From NCBI RefSeq assembly GCF_003428155.1, contig NZ_QLIR01000023.1, positions 1 through 27,650 of the forward strand: a DNA stretch of 27,650 bases, written 5' to 3'. This document shows, piece after piece, positions 20,819 to 27,650 of this stretch. Each line of letters opens with the position of its first letter. Position 1 is the stretch's first letter. A program made the position numbers and the translations under genes. The notes beneath the pieces are model-generated. The model worked only from the letters and a program-made list of their open reading frames with translations, had not been told where the DNA came from and searched no databases. The DNA comes from Fastidiosibacter lacustris. Its GTDB lineage: Bacteria; Pseudomonadota; Gammaproteobacteria; Francisellales; Francisellaceae.

Positions 20819-20844
20819 AACAGCATCTTTTGATAAATGCTGTT
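20819..20844. promoter_or_regulatory. Inverted repeat upstream of the pdh operon
   Basis: AACAGCAT-(10 nt)-ATGCTGTT, perfect 8-bp arms, about 200 nt upstream of the aceE start. Confidence 0.35.
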
Positions 20845-21040
20845 TCAAAGCAGTATCTCTTTGTATTAAATCTGATACACTTTTCAATATCTTGATTGCT
20901 TGGGTTTTTCAAGCGTACTAAAACGCAAGCTAAACTTTACTTAATTGCTGATATGCCTATATTTTGATGGGTCTTACGTTTATAATTATTCCCATTTTTG
21001 AAAGTCAAATTTCTAACTTGAAACTGTCTATGGAGGCAAT

Positions 21041-23722
21041 ATGTCTGAAAGATTTCACGATATTGACGTAACAGAAACACAAGAGTGGCTAGAAGCCTTT
21101 GAAGATGTTGTTGCGCGTGAAGGAATAGAGCGCGCAAGCTTTTTAATGAATCGATTATTGGATCACGCTAATCAAATTGGGATTGAGAGTGCTTACGGAC
21201 CTTCACAAAGCATCTTATTTATGAATACGATTAAGGTAGAAGATCAACCAGCCTATCCAGGAAATTTAGAAATCGAGAACAAAATCGAGAATCTCAATCG
21301 CTGGAATGCAGCAGTTATGGTTGCAAAAGCTAATAAAAAAGATGGTTCTTTAGGGGGACATATTGGCTCTGGAGCATCTATTATTACCCTTTATGAAGTG
21401 GGATTTAATCACTTTTTTCATGCACCAAATGAGCAGCAAGCAGGGGATTTAGTATTTTATCAAGGTCATACAACCCCAGTTATATACGCGCGCTCTTATC
21501 TAGAAGGTCGCTTAACCGAGACACAATTAAAAAACTTTCGACAACAAGCATTTAATGATGAGGAAGGTTTGTCATCCTATCCACATCCTTATCTGCAACC
21601 AACTTATTGGCAATTTCCTACTGTTTCTATGGGCTTGGGACCTTTGCAGGCAATCTATCAAGCGCGTTTTATGAAATATCTTGAAGCACGTAAACTGGCA
21701 GATACAAAAAATCGTAAAGTTTGGGCATTTTGTGGTGATGGTGAGATGGATGAACCAGAATCACTAGGTGCAATTAATCGTGCGGTACGTGAAGGCTTGG
21801 ATAATTTGATTTTTGTGATCAATTGTAATTTACAGCGCCTTGATGGTTTGGTAGATGGTAATGGCAAAATCGTTGAGGAGTTTGCACAAATCTTTAAAGG
21901 TGCTGGCTGGAATGTAATTAAAGTGTTATGGGGAAGCAACTGGGAACCACTATTTGCTAAGGACACAAATGGTAAATTGCAACAACGCTTAGCACAAATG
22001 AACGATGGTCAGATGCAGTTTGCAAGTTCTCATGGTGGAGCAGACTTAAGACAAACAATTTTTGGTGGTGATCCTGAGCTTGAAGAAATAGGTAAAGGCT
22101 ACAGTGATGAAGATGTGCAAAACTTAATGCGTGGTGGGCACGATCCAACTAAGGTTTATGCAGCATATCAAAAAGCGGTTAACAATAATACAGGTAAACC
22201 GACTGTTATTTTACCGATGACGATTAAAGGTTATGGTTTAGGTGAGTGGGGCGAGTCAAAAAATATTGCACATAATGTCAAAAAGCTTGACACAGAAGCC
22301 TTAAAATATATTCGAGATCGTTTTAAGGTGCCAGCGACAGATGAGCAAGTTGAGCAAATGGCTTTTTTAAAGTTTGAAGAAGGTTCAAAAGAACATGCGT
22401 ATTTGCATGCACAACGTAAGGCATTAGGTGGTTATGCTCCTGCTCGATTTGAAAATAACACACCGTTGTTAATTCCACATTATCAAGATTTTGCTCAACT
22501 ATTTTTAGAAGCAAGTGGTGATCGTGATTTCTCTACGACAACAGCGTTTGTGCGTATGTTTGTCAACTTGACCCGTCACAAAGACCTAAAAGATCATTTA
22601 GTCCCGATTATGGTGGATGAGTCACGTACCTTTGGGATGGAAGGCTTATTCCGTCAATTGGGTATTTATAATCATCGTGGGCAGCAATATGTGCCAGAAG
22701 ATAAAGCACAAGTAATGTACTATAGAGAGTCTAAAGATGGTCAAATCATTCAAGATGGTATCAATGAAGCAGGTGGTTTTTGTTCATGGTTAGCCGCAGC
22801 TACTTCTTATAGTGTTCATCGTGTTCCGATGATTCCATTTTATATTTATTATTCTATGTTTGGTTTCCAACGTATTGGTGATTTGGCATGGGCGGCAGCT
22901 GATTCTCATGCAAAGGGTTTTTTGTTAGGTGGTACTGCTGGGCGTACTACTTTAAATGGTGAAGGTTTGCAACACGAAGATGGTCATAGCCACATCCAGG
23001 CAGGGTTGATTCCATCTTGCGTTACTTATGATCCAACTTACGCTTATGAGCTTGCTGTTATCCTGTGGAGTGGGATGAAACGCATGTATGTCGAGCAAGA
23101 AGAAGTTTTCTACTACATTACTTTGATGAATGAGAATTATACCCACCGCGCGATGCCAGAGGGGGTAGAGCAAGATATTATCAAAGGCTTGTATTTATTA
23201 AAAGCAGCTGAAAAAGTCAATGGCAACAAACACATTCAGCTCATGGGATCAGGCACGATTTTGCGCGAAGTAGAAGCAGCAGCAAATCTATTGCAACAAG
23301 ACTTTGGTGTTACAAGCGATATTTGGAGTATGACCTCTGCCAATGAGCTTTATCGTGATGGTCGTAAGGTTGCACGTTGGAACTTGTTACATCCGGAACA
23401 CATGCAAAAGCAAACACATATTGAAAAATGCCTTCAAAATCGCAAAGGACCTGTAGTGGTGTCAACGGATTATATTAAGTTATATACCGAGCAGCTTCGT
23501 GAGTTTATGCCAACTAACTACATTACATTAGGAACAGATGGCTTTGGTCGCTCTGATTCACGTGCAAATTTACGTCACTTCTTTGAGGTAGATCGTTATT
23601 ATGTGGTCGTTGCTGCTTTAAGTGGTTTGTTAAGAGAAGGTGCCATTGACAAAAAATTGGTAGTAGAGGCAATTAAGAAATATGGTATTGATCCAGATCG
23701 TGTCGATCCAGCTTATCATTAA
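21041..23722 (+). CDS. aceE: Pyruvate dehydrogenase E1 component (homodimeric type)
   Basis: 893 aa. 'TNYINTIKVEDQPAYPG'-like start region, 'GHIGSGASIITLYEVGFNHFF', 'KNRKVWAFCGDGEMDEPESLGAI', 'NLDNLIFVINCNLQRLDGLVDGNGKIVEE'. SD 'ggagg' upstream of the ATG. Confidence 0.97.
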   Translation: MSERFHDIDVTETQEWLEAFEDVVAREGIERASFLMNRLLDHANQIGIESAYGPSQSILFMNTIKVEDQPAYPGNLEIENKIENLNRWNAAVMVAKANKKDGSLGGHIGSGASIITLYEVGFNHFFHAPNEQQAGDLVFYQGHTTPVIYARSYLEGRLTETQLKNFRQQAFNDEEGLSSYPHPYLQPTYWQFPTVSMGLGPLQAIYQARFMKYLEARKLADTKNRKVWAFCGDGEMDEPESLGAINRAVREGLDNLIFVINCNLQRLDGLVDGNGKIVEEFAQIFKGAGWNVIKVLWGSNWEPLFAKDTNGKLQQRLAQMNDGQMQFASSHGGADLRQTIFGGDPELEEIGKGYSDEDVQNLMRGGHDPTKVYAAYQKAVNNNTGKPTVILPMTIKGYGLGEWGESKNIAHNVKKLDTEALKYIRDRFKVPATDEQVEQMAFLKFEEGSKEHAYLHAQRKALGGYAPARFENNTPLLIPHYQDFAQLFLEASGDRDFSTTTAFVRMFVNLTRHKDLKDHLVPIMVDESRTFGMEGLFRQLGIYNHRGQQYVPEDKAQVMYYRESKDGQIIQDGINEAGGFCSWLAAATSYSVHRVPMIPFYIYYSMFGFQRIGDLAWAAADSHAKGFLLGGTAGRTTLNGEGLQHEDGHSHIQAGLIPSCVTYDPTYAYELAVILWSGMKRMYVEQEEVFYYITLMNENYTHRAMPEGVEQDIIKGLYLLKAAEKVNGNKHIQLMGSGTILREVEAAANLLQQDFGVTSDIWSMTSANELYRDGRKVARWNLLHPEHMQKQTHIEKCLQNRKGPVVVSTDYIKLYTEQLREFMPTNYITLGTDGFGRSDSRANLRHFFEVDRYYVVVAALSGLLREGAIDKKLVVEAIKKYGIDPDRVDPAYH

Positions 23723-23748
23723 ATAAATGACGGAAGAAGGAAAAACTC

Positions 23749-25326
23749 ATGGCAATTAAACAAGTCACAGTACCCAATATTGGTGACTATAAAGATGTTG
23801 ACGTGATTGAGGTCAACGTCAAAGTAGGTGATGTCATTCAAGAAGAAGACTCATTGATCACCTTGGAAACAGACAAAGCCTCAATGGAGGTACCTGCACC
23901 TTTTTCTGGTACGGTAAAAGAAGTGAGTGTCAAAGTAGGTGATAAAGTGTCTGAGAGTTCATTAGTTCTTTTGGTTGAAACAGATGCTGTAAATACAAAT
24001 GAAACAGCCTCATCAACCATCCTCACTCAAAGTGCGGTTGAGCAAGGTTCACAACAGCAAATTGCAGCTGCGCAAATGCTTGAGATAAAAGTACCAGATA
24101 TTGGTGATTATAAAGATGTGGATGTCATTGAGGTGAATGTTAAGCCAGGTGATGAAATCAAAGAAGAAGATTCATTGGCTACACTTGAAACCGATAAAGC
24201 CTCAATGGAAATCCCATCACCTTACACAGGCAAAGTCGTTGATGTCAAAATTACAGTCGGTGATAAAGTTTCTAAAGGAGACTTGGTGCTCACTCTTCTT
24301 GTGTCACAAGGTCAAGTTGCAACTGAAAATAAGATATCTAAAGCCGCGCAAGTTGAAGAGGTGGTAAAAAGCCCAGTCGTTGAACAAGCTGCTATTGTAT
24401 CTAAAGTTCCCAATACCAATGCACATGCCTCCCCTGCGGTTCGCAGATTAGCACGTATTTTGGGGATTGATTTATCACGTGTCATTGCGACTGGTAGAAA
24501 AGGACGCATCACGAAAGAAGACTGTGATAACTATATTAAAAAAGCAGTGCAATCCTTACAAACTGGTCAAGTATCCAGTGGGGGCGGTTTAGACTTATTA
24601 CCTGATCCCCAGGTGGATTTTGCAAAATTTGGTGAAATAGAAGTCGAAGCGTTATCACGTATTAATAAACTCAGCGCCAAGAATCTTGCACGCAATTGGG
24701 TTAAAATCCCGCATGTGACCTTTTATGACGATGCAGATATTACTGATTTAGAAGCATTTAGAAATGCAAAAAAAACAGCAGCAGAAAAAGCAGGGGTCAA
24801 AGTTACACCACTTTCGTTTTTAATCAAAGCAGCTGCAACAGCATTACAAGAATACCCACGCTTTAATAGTTCATTATCAAACGATGGCGAAGGCTTGATT
24901 GTGAAGAAATATTATCATATTGGTTTTGCCACTGATACCCCAAAAGGCTTGGTTGTACCTGTGATCAAAAATGCCGATCAGAAAGGTATTTTTGAGATCT
25001 CACGCGAAATCATGGACTTAGTGAAAAAGGGGCGTGAAGGTAAATTAAAACCAGATGATATGCAAGGGGCAACCTTTACCATATCAAGCCTAGGTATACT
25101 TGGTACAACTGCATTTACGCCAATTATTAATATGCCTGAAGTGGCGATTATGGGTGTGTCAAAATCAGCCATAAAACCTGTGTGGAATGGTACAGAGTTT
25201 ATCCCAAGAACCATGTTGCCATTGTCGTTATCGACTGATCATAGAGTAATTGATGGCGCATTAGCAGCTCAGTTTTTAACGCGTTACTGTGCAATTCTGG
25301 CAGATTTAAGAGAAATGCTTTTGTAA
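23749..25326 (+). CDS. aceF: Pyruvate dehydrogenase E2 (dihydrolipoamide acetyltransferase), two lipoyl domains
   Basis: Two lipoyl modules ('TLETDKASMEVPAPFSG' and 'TLETDKASMEIPSPYTG'), a peripheral subunit-binding domain ('ASPAVRRLARILGIDLSRV') and the catalytic 'LSLSTDHRVIDGALAAQF'. Confidence 0.96.
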   Translation: MAIKQVTVPNIGDYKDVDVIEVNVKVGDVIQEEDSLITLETDKASMEVPAPFSGTVKEVSVKVGDKVSESSLVLLVETDAVNTNETASSTILTQSAVEQGSQQQIAAAQMLEIKVPDIGDYKDVDVIEVNVKPGDEIKEEDSLATLETDKASMEIPSPYTGKVVDVKITVGDKVSKGDLVLTLLVSQGQVATENKISKAAQVEEVVKSPVVEQAAIVSKVPNTNAHASPAVRRLARILGIDLSRVIATGRKGRITKEDCDNYIKKAVQSLQTGQVSSGGGLDLLPDPQVDFAKFGEIEVEALSRINKLSAKNLARNWVKIPHVTFYDDADITDLEAFRNAKKTAAEKAGVKVTPLSFLIKAAATALQEYPRFNSSLSNDGEGLIVKKYYHIGFATDTPKGLVVPVIKNADQKGIFEISREIMDLVKKGREGKLKPDDMQGATFTISSLGILGTTAFTPIINMPEVAIMGVSKSAIKPVWNGTEFIPRTMLPLSLSTDHRVIDGALAAQFLTRYCAILADLREMLL

Positions 25327-25349
25327 GAAAATAAATTAAGGTAAAAAAG

Positions 25350-26768
25350 ATGAGTGATATAAAAACAGAATTAGTTGTTTTAGGTAGTGGTCCTGGTGGT
25401 TATAGTGCAGCATTTCGTGCAGCAGATTTAGGTAAAAAAGTCGTGCTTGTTGAGCGTTATGATTCGATTGGTGGGGTGTGTTTAAATGTCGGTTGTATTC
25501 CTTCAAAAGCACTTTTGCATGTTGCTAAAGTGATCAATGAAGCGCGTCACCTGGAAAAAGATGGCTTAATCAGCTTTGACAACTTGACTTTCAATAAAGA
25601 TAAAATCTTGGGTTATAAAGACAAGATCGTAAGCCAACTAACAGGTGGCTTAAAAGGGTTAGCTAAGCAACGTAAAGTTGACATTGTGGAAGGCTATGGC
25701 AAGTTCACTTCAAGTAATGAAATTGCTGTTGAAACGAAAGAGGGTGTTAAAACCATCGCTTTTGACAATGCGATTATTGCCGTGGGGTCAAGCTCTATTA
25801 AGTTACCATTTATTCCTGAGGATCCTCGTATTATTGATTCAACGGGTGCACTTCAAATGAAAGAAGTTCCTAAAAAAATGCTCGTCATTGGTGGGGGCAT
25901 TATTGGACTTGAAATGGCACAAGTTTATAGCGAGCTTGGTTCTGAAATCACGGTAGTTGAATTTATGGATCAACTTATGGGAACGGCAGATAAAGATATT
26001 GTGAAGCCTTATGAAAAGATGATGTCTAAACGGTATGACATTCGTTTGAAAACGAAAGTGACCAAGGTCGAAGCAAAAGATGATGGTCTTTATGTGTCAA
26101 TGGAAGGTGACAAACCACGCGAAAATGAGAGGTTTGACCGTATTTTATTAGCAGTTGGACGTACACCAAATGGTAAACTGATCGATGCAGAAAAAGCGGG
26201 TGTTAATGTTGATGAGCGTGGCTTTATTAAAGTTGATAACCAACTTAGAACTAATGTTCCACATATTTTTGCCATTGGTGATGTTGTGGGACAACCGATG
26301 CTTGCGCACAAAGCTGTCCCAGAAGGGCGTATTGCTGCGGAGGTTATAGCAGGTTATAAGCATTATTTTGAGCCAAAATGTATTCCAGCTGTAGCATACA
26401 CTGACCCAGAAGTGGCGTGGGTTGGGGTCACAGAAAAAGAAGCCAATGAAAAAGGAATCAAATACGACAAGGGAGTATTCCCTTGGGCAGCAAGTGGTCG
26501 TTCATTGAGTATTGGTCGAAATGAAGGTTTGACTAAAGTGCTTTATGATGAAAATCACGTCATTATTGGTGCAGGTATTGTTGGACCAAATGCAGGCGAG
26601 TTAATTGCAGAAGCGACCCTAGCCATTGAAATGGGTTGTGATGCGGAAGATATTTCTTTAACCATCCATCCCCATCCAACTTTGTCAGAAACGCTAATGA
26701 TGGCAACAGAGGTATTTGAGGGTAGTGCAACTGACATTTACGCGCCTAAGAAAGAGCGGAAAAATTGA
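25350..26768 (+). CDS. lpdA: Dihydrolipoamide dehydrogenase (E3)
   Basis: 'VVLGSGPGGYSAAFRAADLG', redox-active 'GGVCLNVGCIPSKALLH', 'AIGDVVGQPMLAHKAVPEGRIAAE', 'TIHPHPTLSETLMMATEVFEG'. Confidence 0.97.
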   Translation: MSDIKTELVVLGSGPGGYSAAFRAADLGKKVVLVERYDSIGGVCLNVGCIPSKALLHVAKVINEARHLEKDGLISFDNLTFNKDKILGYKDKIVSQLTGGLKGLAKQRKVDIVEGYGKFTSSNEIAVETKEGVKTIAFDNAIIAVGSSSIKLPFIPEDPRIIDSTGALQMKEVPKKMLVIGGGIIGLEMAQVYSELGSEITVVEFMDQLMGTADKDIVKPYEKMMSKRYDIRLKTKVTKVEAKDDGLYVSMEGDKPRENERFDRILLAVGRTPNGKLIDAEKAGVNVDERGFIKVDNQLRTNVPHIFAIGDVVGQPMLAHKAVPEGRIAAEVIAGYKHYFEPKCIPAVAYTDPEVAWVGVTEKEANEKGIKYDKGVFPWAASGRSLSIGRNEGLTKVLYDENHVIIGAGIVGPNAGELIAEATLAIEMGCDAEDISLTIHPHPTLSETLMMATEVFEGSATDIYAPKKERKN

Positions 26769-26781
26769 AATCATAAGACCT

Positions 26782-27018
26782 TTATTGCTTATTTTGTAAA
26801 TCCTGGGCAAGCTTCCTAAGTTCTTCAACAGAATACTCAAACTCGGGACCTTCCTCCATAGCCATCAGCTGGAGTAGTATCTCATCAAGATCAGGAGCCA
26901 ACCCAACTCCATGATCTTGATAAAGCTGGAATGCAACGCGAGCGATTCTTACGACGTCATATCCTTTATCCAGCTCAGCCTGCAACACACTACTTAGTTC
27001 TTTTGCAGTAAACGTCAT
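26782..27018 (-). CDS. Small acidic protein, putative immunity protein of the adjacent toxin
   Basis: 78 aa. Strand verified directly: cat at 27016..27018 (ATG on minus), and reverse complement of 'ttttgcagtaaacgtcat' gives M T F T A K. Stop is tta at 26782..26784. Overlaps the toxin stop by 4 nt. The supplied track gives '+', which the sequence contradicts. Confidence 0.75.
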   Translation of the reverse strand: MTFTAKELSSVLQAELDKGYDVVRIARVAFQLYQDHGVGLAPDLDEILLQLMAMEEGPEFEYSVEELRKLAQDLQNKQ

Positions 27019-27650
27019 AACCCTAACTCCCTAGTAACTGGAGGATAATGTTGAGAATTAACGGTTTGGCCATTAATTGACTTGGGGTGCACCCTGTTCA
27101 CACTCCCTGCATGATCGTAACTTTCCATCCACTGCCTTACGTTTCCATTTTGGGGGTTATGCTCGGTAACAAAAGAAGCACCTCGAGTTGGACCTTCCGT
27201 TCTAGCAGGAACTTCCTGGGTGTAATAACGAACGCGCCCATCTGGTAATTGCCGTGTAGTAGCTGCATTTTGCTGTGCTTTCTCTAGTCCAGATAATTTC
27301 GCTCTAAGAGCTGATTGCGCGTTTACGTTTTCAGCACCACTACTTACCTTCCTCGCAACCGTCCCACTTTCCTTAATCACCCTTGGCAATGCCACCTTTG
27401 CCATTGCCTTGCCACCTCTGACGGTGGCACTTAACCCCGCTTTCGGTATTCCCCCTAGCACATTCGCTGCAATTAAACCTGCATAATGCGCTAACTTATG
27501 CTTGTCATCGTAACTAAAGTCCATTAATCCAAAACTTATTTCATTGACAAAACCCCCACCAAACGCTGTCACTGTGCCATAACAATACGATAAAAACTGC
27601 CAGCCAAAATGTCGCGCCAATGCCCCCAGCGGATCTGCCTGGTATTCACG
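27015..27650 (-). CDS. C-terminal part of a polymorphic toxin (Rhs/hemagglutinin-type delivery unknown), truncated by the window edge
   Basis: The frame stays open past the track start to the window edge (…REYQADPLGA|LARHFGWQF…). The C-terminal 'PARTEGPTRGASFVTEHNPQNGNVRQWMESYDHAGSVNRVHPKSINGQTVNSQHYPP' resembles toxin C-terminal domains of large secreted proteins, and a small gene follows immediately. Confidence 0.7.
   Translation of the reverse strand, partial: REYQADPLGALARHFGWQFLSYCYGTVTAFGGGFVNEISFGLMDFSYDDKHKLAHYAGLIAANVLGGIPKAGLSATVRGGKAMAKVALPRVIKESGTVARKVSSGAENVNAQSALRAKLSGLEKAQQNAATTRQLPDGRVRYYTQEVPARTEGPTRGASFVTEHNPQNGNVRQWMESYDHAGSVNRVHPKSINGQTVNSQHYPPVTRELGL

Noticed and set aside
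23770-24340. Apparent tandem repeat in aceF (GDYKDVDVIEVNVK twice)
   Set aside because: It is explained by two ordinary lipoyl domains, a common E2 architecture.
21658-26737. Numerous 60-102-aa minus-strand ORFs opposite aceE, aceF and lpdA
   Set aside because: They are all antisense to conserved coding sequence. Their composition mirrors the coding strand, and none has supporting motifs.
1-27650. CRISPR arrays, transposases or integrases, tRNA genes
   Set aside because: I saw no regularly spaced repeats, no recognisable transposase or integrase ORF, and no convincing tRNA fold in the intergenic regions by eye. A tRNAscan/minced run would be decisive.

Overview
The window is an AT-rich gammaproteobacterial chromosome segment, possibly Francisella/Fastidiosibacter-like (low-confidence inference). 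It begins in the 3' end of an rRNA operon (5S rRNA). Next come a small minus-strand accessory patch (a phage-type hypothetical gene and a truncated secreted YD/Rhs-like fragment) and a DHA2-family MFS transporter. The middle is mostly housekeeping: mlaA, maf, fpr-like, gpsA, a KfrA-N-domain gene, monomeric icd, lptE, leuS, putA, cca, msbA, lpxK and aceE-aceF-lpdA. The right edge holds the C-terminus of a probable polymorphic toxin and its overlapping small putative immunity gene. The most unusual feature is that the putA ORF (13172..16684) carries an SdhE/YgfY/SDHAF2-like flavinylation-factor domain, with an intact RGxxE motif, at its N-terminus where long PutAs usually have a ribbon-helix-helix DNA-binding domain. 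The linker between the two parts has a Shine-Dalgarno-like sequence and an in-frame ATG. The supplied ORF track labels 26782..27018 as plus strand, but the sequence shows it is on the minus strand.
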